Positions 36,601 to 46,705 are shown, counted from the first letter of the stretch. The stretch: DNA of 64,000 nucleotides from Bacillota bacterium (GCA_014896375.1 JADBKN010000020.1:16263-80262); one strand, 5' to 3'. Notes: generated from the sequence alone by a model not told the origin. A program made the numbers and translations.

Positions 36601-37560
36601 CCGCTCGGGCGGATCGGGTCGCTGATGGGGTTGCCATGCTCGTCCTTGCCGGCGTTCTTGCCGACATCCGGGATGTTGAGGTGCGAGTGGCCGGCGACGA
36701 CGACGTCGATGCCGGGCACCTCGTCGGCCAGCTTGAGGGCGGCGTTCTCCAGCGCCGCCTCGGATTCCGAGTAGGACGACTTGCCGTCCGTTCCGGAGTG
36801 GGCGAGGGCCACGATGATGTCGGCGCCCTTCTGCTTCATCTCCGGGATGAAGCGCTTCGCCGCCTCGATGATGTCGCCCGTCTCGACCTTGCCCTTGAGG
36901 TTGTCGCGGTCCCAGATGACGATCCCTGGCGGCGTGAAGCCGATGATGCCCAGCTTGAGGGTCGCCGTGCCGCCGTCGCGCAGCTTGAGGGTGACGTCTT
37001 TGATGACGTACGGCGTGAAGTACGGGTCCTTCGTGCCGGGCTTGTAGATGTTCGCGGACAGAAGCGGGAAGTCGGCCGACTTGGCGGCCTCCTCGAAGAA
37101 GGCGAGGCCGTAGTTGAACTCATGGTTGCCGATGGAGCCGGCCAGGTAGCCCATGTGGCTCATGACCTGGTACATGGGGTGCGGCACGTCCGGCCCGATC
37201 GGGTTCACGCGAGCGTAGTAGTAGTCCAGGGGAGTGCCCTGAAGGACGTCGCCGTCGTCCAGGAGCACGGTGTTGGGATGGTCGGCGCGCACCTGCTTGA
37301 TGAGGGTCTCGATCTTCGCGAGACCATAGAGAGGCGCCGCCTGGTTCTTGTAATAATCCCACGGGTAGATGTTCCCGTGCAGGTCGGATGTGGCCATGAT
37401 GACGAGTTCCGCGTCCCCGCCGGTCACCGGCGCGGTATGCGGCAGCTGGCCCGCCGCCTGCACCGGCGCGACGAGCGCCATCACCAGAGACAGGGCGGCC
37501 AGCAGCGACCATGCGGCGGCGATCCTTTTACGGACCGCGCCGCGGTGGAATCGACTCATG
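33645..37560 (-). CDS. secreted YfkN-like multifunctional nucleotide phosphoesterase: two metallophosphatase/5'-nucleotidase modules separated by SLH repeats (1305 aa)
   Basis: Signal peptide MSRFHRGAVRKRIAAAWSLLAALSLVMALVAPVQA. Two modules begin IMATSDLHGNI and SFNDLHGHI, each with GNHEF. Three internal SLH-like repeats (e.g. FADVKGHWAEAYVDLGVQLGITKG). The track extension to 37889 is rejected. Confidence 0.88.
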
Positions 37561-37686
37561 CATACACCCCCATAGGCGAGATGGAGAGGGGCAGGACCCC
37601 CTGTGGGTGCCCCCCGCGGAGGGGACAGGCACCCACCAAGGAGGGGTAGATTCACCGCGGAGGCCGGAATTCCTCTAGAGAGGCGA

Positions 37687-37747
37687 GATATTATCCGAAC
37701 GATGTGAGGGCAATATCTTCCTTTAGTTCTAATCTTGTCCGAACATT
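37687..37747 (-). promoter_or_regulatory. two direct repeats GTTCGGA(C/T)AA(G/T)AT upstream of the nucleotidase gene; one contains a -10-like GGATAATATC
   Basis: Plus strand shows ATATTATCCGAAC at 37688..37700 and ATCTTGTCCGAAC at 37732..37744, 44 nt apart, in a low-GC patch. Confidence 0.35.
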
Positions 37748-37948
37748 CGTTCTTTCCAGAGACGGCTTGGGAGCCTCGTTTGCGGGGTGCCTGTAGAGCG
37801 GGCGGGACCGGGCGGCGGGCGGGGACGGGCGGCCGCGGTTGGACGTGACCGCCCGTGCGGCGACGTTGTCGCCGCGAGGTAGACCGCATATCCTGATGGC
37901 GTTGCGCCGCGCCTCGACGTTCGCGCGGCGTGCGGGGAGGACGCAGGG

Positions 37949-38692
37949 ATGCGCTTCGACCATCTCGTCGCGTGGGTGCCCGAACTCGACGAAGCCGTGC
38001 GGGCTTACCGCGCCCGCGGGTTCCATGTGAAGTACGGCGGCGAGCACCCGATGTGGGGGACGCACAACGCGGTCTGCCACTTCGGGCTTCCGTACGTGGA
38101 ACTCATCGCCGTCGTGGATCCGGCCCTCACGCCGGCCGGCCCCGCGCACATCTTCCGCGGCGCCGGCCGCCTTCTGGCGCGCGGCGGCGGGGCACTGACG
38201 TTCGCGGTGGCGGTGAGCGATGTCGAAGCCGCCGCCGAGCGCCTCCGCGAGCGCGGCCTGTCCGTGGCCGACCCCGTTCCCGGAGAGCGCCGCCGCCCCG
38301 ACGGGACGCGCCTCACCTGGCGGATGGCGCCGATTGAGGCGGGCCCCTCCTGGCGCCCCTTTCTCATCGAGTGGGGCGAAGCGGACAGCCGCCGGCTCGC
38401 GTCCCTGCGGGAGCAGGGTCTCGACGCGCCGCACCCGCTCGGCGACCTAGCCCTCGACCATCTCGTCATCGCCAGCCGCGACCCGGCCGCCGACGCCACC
38501 TGGGCCGCCCGCCTGACGGGGCGCGGCGCCGCGCCGGAAGGCGGCGTGTGGCGCGTGCCGCTGCCGGGCTGCGACCTCGTCCTCATCGCGGAAAGCGGCG
38601 AGCCGGGGATCGCGGAGGTCGTGCTGCGCGGCCCGATCCCGCAATCCTTCGACCTCTTCGGGCTGCGGGTGACGGTCCGTCCCTTGGGCTAG
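37949..38692 (+). CDS. VOC/glyoxalase-like domain protein
   Basis: MRFDHLVAWVPELDEAVRAYRARGFHV..GGEHP..GTHNA...YVELIAV...FLIEW resembles the glyoxalase-like (Glyoxalase_3-type) family. SD GGGGAGGA upstream. Confidence 0.7.
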   Translation: MRFDHLVAWVPELDEAVRAYRARGFHVKYGGEHPMWGTHNAVCHFGLPYVELIAVVDPALTPAGPAHIFRGAGRLLARGGGALTFAVAVSDVEAAAERLRERGLSVADPVPGERRRPDGTRLTWRMAPIEAGPSWRPFLIEWGEADSRRLASLREQGLDAPHPLGDLALDHLVIASRDPAADATWAARLTGRGAAPEGGVWRVPLPGCDLVLIAESGEPGIAEVVLRGPIPQSFDLFGLRVTVRPLG

Positions 38693-38715
38693 CCTTGCGG
38701 GGGCGGCCGAGCCGG

Positions 38716-39696
38716 TCAATAGAACTGCTGGATGATCGTCTCCAACCTCGGTTCCTGCATGGAGAAGTCGACGATTTCGCCCGCTGCGCGCAGGCGTTCG
38801 AGGACCTGCGGCGCTGGGCAGGTCAGGCGGTTGAACTCGGCGTGCACGGTGCGGCCGTCCTCCAATACGGTGACCCGAATGTCGGGGGACGAGCGCCGCC
38901 CTCCGGCGTCGGAAAGCCTGGACATATCCGGCGGTTCGCGGAACGTGGCGCGCAGGGCGCTCGGCATGCCGACCCGCTCGTGCAGCTCAGCGAGGCTCCC
39001 GTCGAACACCTGGGTCCCCTGGTTGATCACGAGGATGCGCTGGCACAGCTCCTCCACGTCTGTCATGTCGTGAGTGGTGAGGATCACCGTCGTCCCGACC
39101 TCGGCGTTCAGCGAGCGCAGGAATTGGCGCAGCGCCGCCTTGGCCGTCACGTCGAGGCCGATGGTCGGCTCGTCGAGGAACAGCACGCGCGGACCGTGCA
39201 GCAGCGCGCCCGCCAACTCGCCGCGCATGCGCTGCCCCAGCGAGAGCTGCCGCACCGGCATGTCCATGAATGCATCCAGCCCCAGGAGCTCCGTCAGCAT
39301 CTCCATGCGGCGGCGGAAGTCCACGGGCGGCACGCGGTACATCGCTCGCAGGATGCGGAAGGACTCGCGCAGCGGGAGATCCCACCACAGCTGCGTCCGC
39401 TGCCCGAACACCACCCCGATGCGCAGGGCCAGGCGCACGCGGTCCGCCTGCGGCGAAAGGCCGTCGACGGTGACCCGGCCGGAGGTCGGGTGGAGGATCC
39501 CCGTCATCATCTTGATCGTCGTGGACTTCCCGGCGCCGTTCGGCCCGAGGAAGCCCACGAACTCCCCCGGCTCGATGCGGAACGACAGATCCCGCACGGC
39601 TTCCACATTCACGGGCGCATCGGACCGCTTCCTGCCGAAGAGCCGCTGCCCGCGCGTGAACACCTTCCTCAAACGTTCCGCCTCGATGATGGCCAA
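38716..39696 (-). CDS. ABC transporter ATP-binding protein
   Basis: GFLGPNGAGKSTTIKM (Walker A), LSLGQRMR (signature) and VLFLDEPTIGLD (Walker B). TTG start follows GGGGAGGGG. Confidence 0.9.
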   Translation of the reverse strand: MAIIEAERLRKVFTRGQRLFGRKRSDAPVNVEAVRDLSFRIEPGEFVGFLGPNGAGKSTTIKMMTGILHPTSGRVTVDGLSPQADRVRLALRIGVVFGQRTQLWWDLPLRESFRILRAMYRVPPVDFRRRMEMLTELLGLDAFMDMPVRQLSLGQRMRGELAGALLHGPRVLFLDEPTIGLDVTAKAALRQFLRSLNAEVGTTVILTTHDMTDVEELCQRILVINQGTQVFDGSLAELHERVGMPSALRATFREPPDMSRLSDAGGRRSSPDIRVTVLEDGRTVHAEFNRLTCPAPQVLERLRAAGEIVDFSMQEPRLETIIQQFY

Positions 39697-39725
39697 CCTG
39701 TCCCCTCCCCTCGTTCACCGCCGGG

Positions 39726-40544
39726 TCAGGACCCTGTGCTCGTGTACCGGCGCACGCCCAGATTCCACAGCCCGAGGGCCGCGACGAAGCTCGCCGCCGC
39801 CACCGCGGCGCACCACCCCAGGTCCGAAAGCGGCGGGCCCTTGCGGAGAATGGCGGCCGCGGGCACATACGAGCCGAACGCCACTGGCAGAATGGTTTGA
39901 AAGATCCAGCGCACCGCCTTGGGGTAGATCGAAAGGGGATAAGACACGGCGGTCTCCGGCCCGTACAGCAGCACGGGCTGCAGGTCGTCGATGCGCGTCG
40001 TCCAGAAGCCGAGCGCGGCCGTGGCCGTCACGACGGCGAACCAGATGACGGCGCCGCAGGCCACGGCCAGCGCGGCGCATAGCGCGTCCACCACACCGAG
40101 GCCCAGGTCCGGCGCGAGGTGCCGCCAGGCCAGCACCATCAGCACGACCCCCTCAAGGAACGCGCCGCCCTGCTCGACGTCGATGGACCGCGCGGCCACG
40201 GTGAGCAGCGTGTGCGCCGGACGGATCAGCACGCCGTCGAACTCCCCGTGGACCAGGTACTTGTCGAAATTGTGAAGCTCCGATCCGAACACGCGGTAGA
40301 CGCCCGAGGAAGCGAGGACGAGCCCCGACAGAAAGAGGATGTCGTACGTCCCCCAGCCGCCGATGGCGCCGGCCGTGCGGACCATAAGCAGAAGGGCCGC
40401 CACGTCCGCGGAGTACATCAGCATTTGGAAGAAGAGGCTGAGGGTGAAGTTCCACGTGTACGCGGCGCGGCTGCGCAGGCTGGACGCCGCCACGATGCCG
40501 TACGTGCGACAGCCATCCCCCGCCGCCTTGAGCGCCTCCCTCAT
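39726..40544 (-). CDS. ABC-2-type transporter permease
   Basis: Multi-TM protein (FTLSLFFQMLMYSADVAALLL...FWTTRIDD) paralogous in layout to the next gene. The ATG overlaps the upstream stop (ATGA). Confidence 0.75.
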   Translation of the reverse strand: MREALKAAGDGCRTYGIVAASSLRSRAAYTWNFTLSLFFQMLMYSADVAALLLMVRTAGAIGGWGTYDILFLSGLVLASSGVYRVFGSELHNFDKYLVHGEFDGVLIRPAHTLLTVAARSIDVEQGGAFLEGVVLMVLAWRHLAPDLGLGVVDALCAALAVACGAVIWFAVVTATAALGFWTTRIDDLQPVLLYGPETAVSYPLSIYPKAVRWIFQTILPVAFGSYVPAAAILRKGPPLSDLGWCAAVAAASFVAALGLWNLGVRRYTSTGS

Positions 40545-41323
40545 CCCCCCTGCACCTCCAGGCGCCGCGCCGCCTTCCGTGTGAGGCGGGCGCTGATCCA
40601 CGCCAGCCCCAGCGCCCACAGAGCGGCCGACGTCCATGCAGGCAGCGTGTCGACGCCGAGCCACACCGACACAGGGAACGAGATCATCGCCTGAAAGGGC
40701 AGCCACGTGAGGGCGTCGCGGAGGCCGGCGGGCATGAGCTGCAAAGGGAAGAGCTGCCCGCCGCAGAACATGGCCAGCGCAAAGTAGAGCCGCCGCGCCC
40801 AGCGGCTTTCCGTCGTCCAGAAGCCGGCGATGCCGACGAGGTACTGCACCAGCAGACCCATGGCTGCCGCCATCGTGAACGCCGCAGCCACCGCGGCCGC
40901 GCGCCCGGGCGAGGCGACCCTCTCCCACGGGAACACGCCCATCAGCGTGAACATCGCCAGCAGCGGCAGGCAGCGAAAGACGGCGTTGTATGCGACCTCG
41001 CCCGCCGCGGCGGCGAGCACCCGCGGCATGTACCCCACCGGCCGCGCGAACTCCAGCGCGATCTGCCCCGTCCGGATGTGCCGGTCGATGCCGAGGTACG
41101 GCGGCAGGAAAGTCGTGAGCCAGAGCACGACCTGCCCCACGGCGATGTAACTTTCCAGATCGCGCGGGGAGAAGGCGCCCAGCGGACGCCCGTGCGCCGC
41201 CGCGCGCCACAGCATGATATAGATGACCCCAAAGAGCGCGCTGCCTACGTTGTTCGCCATGTGGGCCCACGCATACGCCATGTTCTTGCGCATCGATGCC
41301 TGCGCGAGCGCGAGGTAGAGCAT
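40541..41323 (-). CDS. ABC-2-type transporter permease
   Basis: MLYLALAQASMRKNMAYAWAHMANNVGSALFGVIYIMLW...GFWTTESRW. Start trimmed from the track ORF to ATG 41323. Confidence 0.75.
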   Translation of the reverse strand: MLYLALAQASMRKNMAYAWAHMANNVGSALFGVIYIMLWRAAAHGRPLGAFSPRDLESYIAVGQVVLWLTTFLPPYLGIDRHIRTGQIALEFARPVGYMPRVLAAAAGEVAYNAVFRCLPLLAMFTLMGVFPWERVASPGRAAAVAAAFTMAAAMGLLVQYLVGIAGFWTTESRWARRLYFALAMFCGGQLFPLQLMPAGLRDALTWLPFQAMISFPVSVWLGVDTLPAWTSAALWALGLAWISARLTRKAARRLEVQGG

Positions 41324-41511
41324 GGCCGTCCTCCCCGTCGACAGCGGCTCCCGTCCACCCGGGATCCACCTCTGGACAGAAGCGGACAAGAACGTTACCA
41401 CGGTCATCGCGGCGGGGCAACCCCCAGCAAACGGCGCGCCGTCCTCCCGTCGGAGGACGGCGCCTGAGCGTGAAGGGCCGCGTGCTCCATCCGGATCGGG
41501 GCGGCGCGGGC

Positions 41512-42429
41512 CTAGCGCGCGGCCGTGGCGGAGCCGATCGGGCGCCCCGCCTCCACGTCGCGGATGAAGTCCAGGACGAAGCGGAAGTACGCGTCCGGAT
41601 CGTCCCACTGCGCGCAATGGCTGCCGTTCTCGCAGATGCCGACGCGCGAGTGCGGGATGCGCCGGCCCATCTCCTCGATGTCCTCGACGCGCATCGTGTC
41701 GTACCGGCCCACGATGAGCAGCGTCGGCACGGTGATCCGGTGCAGGTCGTCCCAGCGGTCCCAGTCGGCGAACGTGCCCGTGACGACGAACTCGTTCGGA
41801 CCCTGCATGGTGTTGTAGACCTGTGTGGCCATGTGGTCCAGGCAACGGACGAGAGGGTCCGGCCACGGCCAGAGGCGGCAGATGTGCTGCCGGTAGAGGT
41901 GCTGGATGAGGAGCTCCTGGTACTCCGGGTTCTCGTAGTCCCCGGCCGCCTCGTAGGCCTTCATCTTGTCGACGATGTCCTTGGGCAGCCGCTCCCGCAG
42001 CTCGTTGATGTGCTTCACGTACGAGGCGATGCTCGCCGTCATGTTGGAGATGACGAGCCCCTTCAGGTGCTGCTGGTACTTGAGCGCGTACTCGATGGAC
42101 AGGAGCCCGCCCCAGGATTGGCCGAGGAGGTAGAAGTTCTCAAGTCCCAGGGCCCGGCGGACCTGCTCCACCTCCTCCCGGAACCGTTCGATGGTCCAGA
42201 GCGACGGGTCGTCAGGCTGGTCGGAGTAGTACGAGCCGAGCTGGTCGTAGTAGTAGATCTCGATGCCGTGCGGCGGCAGGTGCTGTTCGAAGCACTCCAG
42301 GTACTCGTGCGTGCAGCCCGGCCCGCCGTGGAGAAGCAGCACCTTGACGTCGCCCTGACCCACGCGGCGCGTCCAGACGTGGTACCGGCCGTCGACCTCG
42401 ACGATCTTCGAAGCGCCGGGATACGCCAT
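41512..42429 (-). CDS. proline iminopeptidase-family alpha/beta hydrolase
   Basis: VLLLHGGPGCTHEY, the nucleophile elbow LLGQSWGG, and C-terminal GSHCAQWDDPD. Confidence 0.85.
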   Translation of the reverse strand: MAYPGASKIVEVDGRYHVWTRRVGQGDVKVLLLHGGPGCTHEYLECFEQHLPPHGIEIYYYDQLGSYYSDQPDDPSLWTIERFREEVEQVRRALGLENFYLLGQSWGGLLSIEYALKYQQHLKGLVISNMTASIASYVKHINELRERLPKDIVDKMKAYEAAGDYENPEYQELLIQHLYRQHICRLWPWPDPLVRCLDHMATQVYNTMQGPNEFVVTGTFADWDRWDDLHRITVPTLLIVGRYDTMRVEDIEEMGRRIPHSRVGICENGSHCAQWDDPDAYFRFVLDFIRDVEAGRPIGSATAAR

Positions 42430-42491
42430 GTCCAGTCTCCTCCCTCATTCCGCATTCGGTGGAGCACTTGGACAGCTGTGTTGAAACTCCT

Positions 42492-43448
42492 TCAGCTGGA
42501 CTGAATCGGCAGCGCCGCCAGCGCCAAAAACATCATGTCCCAGAAGCGGACGACATCGATCTCCATCGCCACCTCGGCGTTGGCCGGCCGCCCTGTGACG
42601 CCGTGCACGTCGCACACCGTCATGCCCGCCGTGAACTCGCCGCGCGTTTCCACGTCGACCCGCATGCGCTGCGTCCGGAAGATGGAACGGTCGATGACGA
42701 AGGCCACCGCGCACGGATCGTGGAGAGGCGGGTCGCCCATCTCAAAGCGGCGCCGGTAGCGCTCCGTGTAGAAGGCCATCAGATCGGCCGCCATGCGCCC
42801 GACGGGCGTGCCCATCTCCCGCAGCCGCCGCCGCACGCTCTCCGTGACCCGCACCTGGTGCGTGAGGTGCAGGCCGTGCATGGCGAGCGGCACGCCGGAG
42901 GCGAAGACGGCGCGGGCGGCCTCCGGGTCCACGTAGGCGTTGAACTCGGCCGCCGGCGTGACATTGCCGAGGCCGAGCGCCCCGCCCATCCAGACGATCT
43001 CCCGGGCGCGGCGGAAGGTGTGCGGGTCCTTGCGCAGCGCCACGGCGAGGTTGGTGAGCGGCCCCGTGGGCACGAGCGTGACCGTCCCGGCCGGCTCCCG
43101 CCCAAGGATCTCGAGGATCAGGTCGACGGCGTGAACGCCGGCGAGCGGCACGTCCGGCTCAGGGAAGTCGTGGCCGTCGAGGCCGGTCTCCCCGTGGATC
43201 TCCGGCGCCGTCTCCAGCGGGCGCGCGAGCGGACCGGCGCAGCCGGCGGCGACGGGCACGCCGCGGATGCCGGCCACGGTGCACACGCGGCGGGCGTTGA
43301 GCGTGACCTTCTCCAGGGTCTGGTTGCCGCCCACGGTGGTGATGGCCAAAAGCTCCACGGCCGGCGAGCCCGCGGCGAGGAGGATCGCGAGGGCGTCGTC
43401 ATGACCGGGGTCGCAATCGAGAATGATCTTCGCCGGTGGCGTCGTCAT
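42492..43448 (-). CDS. nucleoside hydrolase (IUNH family)
   Basis: KIILDCDPGHDDALAILLA (DxDxxxDD motif)...TLVPTGPLTNLA...LHDPCAV. Start ATG 43448 overlaps the ribokinase stop. Confidence 0.88.
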   Translation of the reverse strand: MTTPPAKIILDCDPGHDDALAILLAAGSPAVELLAITTVGGNQTLEKVTLNARRVCTVAGIRGVPVAAGCAGPLARPLETAPEIHGETGLDGHDFPEPDVPLAGVHAVDLILEILGREPAGTVTLVPTGPLTNLAVALRKDPHTFRRAREIVWMGGALGLGNVTPAAEFNAYVDPEAARAVFASGVPLAMHGLHLTHQVRVTESVRRRLREMGTPVGRMAADLMAFYTERYRRRFEMGDPPLHDPCAVAFVIDRSIFRTQRMRVDVETRGEFTAGMTVCDVHGVTGRPANAEVAMEIDVVRFWDMMFLALAALPIQSS

Positions 43449-44377
43449 GCGGAAAACAACCTTTCCAAGTCGGCTTGGGTGGGCAGCGAGGGCTGCGCCC
43501 CGGGGCGGGTGGCGGCGGCCGCGCCGGCCCGGTTGGCCCACGCGACGGCGGCGCGCCAGTCGCGGCCCGCGGCCAGCGCCACGGCGAGGGCGCCGGCGAA
43601 GGCGTCGCCCGCGGCCGTGGTGTCGCGCACCGGCACGCGCAGTCCGGGCTCGTGCCACTCGGTGCCGTCGTGCCGCACAAAAGCTCCGTCGGCGCCGAGC
43701 TTCACGACCGCCGTGCGCGGCCCTCGCGCGCAGAGGGCGGCCGCCGCCGCGCGCGCCGCCTCGGGACCGTCGACGGCGACGCCCGTGAGCGCACGCGCCT
43801 CCGCCTGGTTCGGCAGGACGGCGTCCACCGCGCGCCACAGCTCCGGCGGCAGCGCATCCGGCGAGGGCGGCGCCGGCGCCGGGTCGAGCAGCACGAGCAT
43901 GCCGCGCCGCCGCCCTTCCTCGGCCGCCGCCACCACCGTCGCGATCGGAATCTCCAGCTGAAGCAGCAGCACGCGCGCGCCGTCCCACAGCCCCGCGCGG
44001 CCGGACGCGGCCACGTCCTCGGGCGTCACGCGGCCGTTCGCCCCGGCGGCGATCACGATGCGATTGTCGCCGCTCGCCTCGACGACGATCAGCGCGACGC
44101 CCGTGGGCTCGGACGGGTCGCGCGCGACGCCGCGCACGTCGACGCCGTCCGCCTGCGCCGCCGCGAGGAGGGCGTCGCCGAACGCGTCCGCCCCCACCCG
44201 CCCCACCATCGCCACTCGGCCGCCCAGCCGCGCCGCCGCCACGGCCTGGTTGGCGCCCTTGCCGCCCGGCGCCGTGCCAAAGCGGCGGCCCGGCAAGGTC
44301 TCGCCCGCCTCCGGCGCGCGCTCGGCTTCCACGACGAGGTCCATGTTCAGGCTGCCCACGACGATGATGTCGGCCAT
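43445..44377 (-). CDS. rbsK: ribokinase
   Basis: IIVVGSLNMDLVV...APGGKGANQAVAAARLG...DTTAAGDAFAGAL. Start trimmed to ATG 44377. Confidence 0.88.
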   Translation of the reverse strand: MADIIVVGSLNMDLVVEAERAPEAGETLPGRRFGTAPGGKGANQAVAAARLGGRVAMVGRVGADAFGDALLAAAQADGVDVRGVARDPSEPTGVALIVVEASGDNRIVIAAGANGRVTPEDVAASGRAGLWDGARVLLLQLEIPIATVVAAAEEGRRRGMLVLLDPAPAPPSPDALPPELWRAVDAVLPNQAEARALTGVAVDGPEAARAAAAALCARGPRTAVVKLGADGAFVRHDGTEWHEPGLRVPVRDTTAAGDAFAGALAVALAAGRDWRAAVAWANRAGAAAATRPGAQPSLPTQADLERLFSA

Positions 44378-44435
44378 GGGATGCCTCCAACCTGGGATGT
44401 CTCCAGCAAGGTTACCATGACGCGGGGTGATCGGA

Positions 44436-44900
44436 ATGGACATCCAGCCGTGCACAAAGGCCGACTTCGACCAGATCGTGACGGAGATCGCCGACTTCTG
44501 GGGCAGCGACCGCACTCTCCCCCTGCATCACCCGATCTTCCTCTACGAGTTTGGCGACACGGCGTGGGTGATGCGCGACGGCGACCGCGTCGCCGGTTAC
44601 CTTTTCGGGTTCGTGGCCGCGACGTCGCCCACCGCGTACGTCCACCTGGTCGCGGTGCGGAGCGGATATCGCGAACGGGGGGTGCCCCGCCGGCTGTACG
44701 CCCGTTTCATCGACGAAGCCCGACGCCGCGGGGCGCGCCAGCTCAAGGCGATCACGACGCCGGGCAACCGGGAGTCCGTGGCCTTCCACACCAGGCTGGG
44801 GATGCGCCTCCTCGGCGAGCCCGGACCGGACGGGATCCCCGTCGTGCGGAACTACTCGGGGCCCGGCCAGGACCGCGTCGTCATGATCATGCACCTGTAG
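44436..44900 (+). CDS. GNAT-family N-acetyltransferase
   Basis: YVHLVAVRSGYRERGVPRRLYARFIDEARRRGARQLKAITTPGNRESVAFHTRLGM. The start could instead be GTG 44427. Confidence 0.75.
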   Translation: MDIQPCTKADFDQIVTEIADFWGSDRTLPLHHPIFLYEFGDTAWVMRDGDRVAGYLFGFVAATSPTAYVHLVAVRSGYRERGVPRRLYARFIDEARRRGARQLKAITTPGNRESVAFHTRLGMRLLGEPGPDGIPVVRNYSGPGQDRVVMIMHL

Positions 44901-44970
44901 GCCGCGGGAGGAGAACATATGTTTGCGTCGAACGTGGTGGGTCAATGAGCGGCATACAGGAGGCATGTCG

Positions 44971-45525
44971 ATGAACGCGCACGGCGATGCGTCCATGGCC
45001 GGCTCCGCCGCGGGCGGGCACCCGGCCGAGCGGATGTACGAGTATCACGTGTGGGCGAACCGCAGGGTGTTCGACCACTTAAAGACGTTGCCCAAAGGGG
45101 TCGTCCACCAGAAGATTGCCAGCGTGTTCCCCTCCGTCCACGCGGTGCTCCGGCACATGTACCGGGTGGACGCGCTGTGGCTCGACGTCATGCGGGAACG
45201 GTCCACGGAGGAGATCATGGCCGCGGTCCAGCGCCTGGAGGCGGAGCTCGCCGGGCTCCCGCTTGAGGAGCTGGAGGCCCGGGTTGACGCGCTTGCGGGT
45301 GATTACCGGTCGTTCTTCCGGGAAGCGGGCGACCTGGACCGGCCCGTCGCCGCGGAACACCCGCGGTTGGGCCGGCTGGAAACCCGGGTGTCCGAGCTGG
45401 TCCGGCACGTGTGCAATCACGGCACGTACCACCGCGGCAACATCACGGCCATGCTCCGTCAGATGGGCCACCCGGGCGTGCCCACCGATTACGTGTTCTT
45501 CCTGATGGAGAGCGGAACGCGGTAG
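44971..45525 (+). CDS. DinB-family (four-helix bundle, metal-binding) protein
   Basis: EYHVWANRRVFDHL...HMYRVDALWL...VCNHGTYHRGNITAMLRQMG. Start set at ATG 44971, 7 nt after AGGAGG. Confidence 0.8.
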   Translation: MNAHGDASMAGSAAGGHPAERMYEYHVWANRRVFDHLKTLPKGVVHQKIASVFPSVHAVLRHMYRVDALWLDVMRERSTEEIMAAVQRLEAELAGLPLEELEARVDALAGDYRSFFREAGDLDRPVAAEHPRLGRLETRVSELVRHVCNHGTYHRGNITAMLRQMGHPGVPTDYVFFLMESGTR

Positions 45526-45562
45526 CTTCCATCCGGGAACCCGCCGCACCGGCGCCCCGTCG

Positions 45563-45917
45563 CACGTGTGAGGGGGTCCAGGGGCATGCCCCGACCAGTG
45601 GGAGGCGAGCCAGGCGCTCGGTCCCGGCCGCCCGCCGCCCGGCGGCGTTTTGGAGACCTCATTCGGCTGTCGGCAACCCTTTTGTTTCCGCTCGTCCTGC
45701 TCAGCGGGTGCGCGCGCTCGACGTCGGATCGACGACGCCCGCCGGTGCCGAACCCGCTGCAGCCGGCACCGCGACGGCGCCGGGCGCGGGCGCGAACGGG
45801 GCCGCACTCCTGACGCCCGACGACGTCGTCCCCGCCCTGCGCGCGAACGGCCTCGACGTCCAGACCGAGGGCGATCCCGCCTTTGACGTCACGTTCCGAA
45901 CGACCCGCCACACGTTC
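45563..45917 (+). repeat. 355-bp direct repeat, copy 1 (identical by eye to 53626..53980)
   Basis: Identical ORF translations in three frames at a constant offset of 8063 nt. Boundaries read from the sequence: CACGTGTGAGGGGG...CGCCACACGTTC. Confidence 0.9.
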
Positions 45918-46484
45918 AAGGTCGACGGCACTCACTTAAACCTGTACGTGTACGGCGGGAAACCCGGCGTGAAGATCGGCGAAGACGGCGCGTTCGTTTC
46001 CTCCGGACGCAGCGCGAGCAGCATCGACTACGTGGCGCGCCCGCACCTCTTCCAGACCGGGAACGTGATCGCGGTGGTGGTCTCCGACGACGAGGACGCC
46101 TCGCGCCGCGTGCTTCTTGCGCTGGAAACGCTGGTCGCTCCGCGCCCGATTCCTTGCGACGATGTAACGTCCTGCGCCGGGGCCGTGCAAGTGAAGGGAA
46201 CCTCTTACGCGGCGGCGGACCCGCACGACTGGCAGATCGACGAGAAAGACGTCGGCCCGCCGCTCGGGCGGATCGAACGGACCTTGGTTCCGCTGCGTCC
46301 ACCCTACATTCTGTTCACAGTGAACGGCGTGCCGCCGGATGTGCTCCTGGTGGCCCGCACGAATGAGGGCTGGACCCCTTTCCTGGGGCCTGGCGCGCAC
46401 GACCGCCGTAAGTTCGCCGAGTACGCCTGCCCGTTTGTCGCGGAGGCGGCCCGCAGCCAATATTGCCCGGACGCGACCCATTGA
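45568..46484 (+). pseudogene. putative lipoprotein, with signal peptide and mature part in different frames
   Basis: Frame 1 encodes ...LIRLSATLLFPLVLLSGC (lipobox). The long ORF (ALDVGSTTPAGAEP...to 46484) is in frame 0. The frames meet at a GCGCGCGC tract at 45710..45717. Confidence 0.5.
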
Positions 46485-46705
46485 GGAGCACCGCAATCCA
46501 CTCCATCCGGCTATCTTTACTCCTGAGAGTGGAGGAAACCTCACATGCGGTGCCACTGCATCGTGATCCTACCCTGTCTCCAGGAGGATGGTTGACACTG
46601 CAGGGCTGAAGAAATCCCTCGAGCAAAGCGTGTAAAGGGGGACTGCGGTGGACCCCATCGTCAAGACACTTTTTCGCCCGATTTTAAGGTGCACTCCCTC
46701 CTTTC

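Noticed and set aside
45489-45935. Duplicated minus-strand ORFs (45489..45935 and 53549..53974) and the plus-strand 81-aa and 78-aa ORF pairs as a duplicated gene family
   Set aside because: Their identity simply reflects the 355-bp DNA repeat. The translations are Arg/Gly-rich, and only the lipobox-containing frame plus the downstream ALDVGSTT frame look biological.
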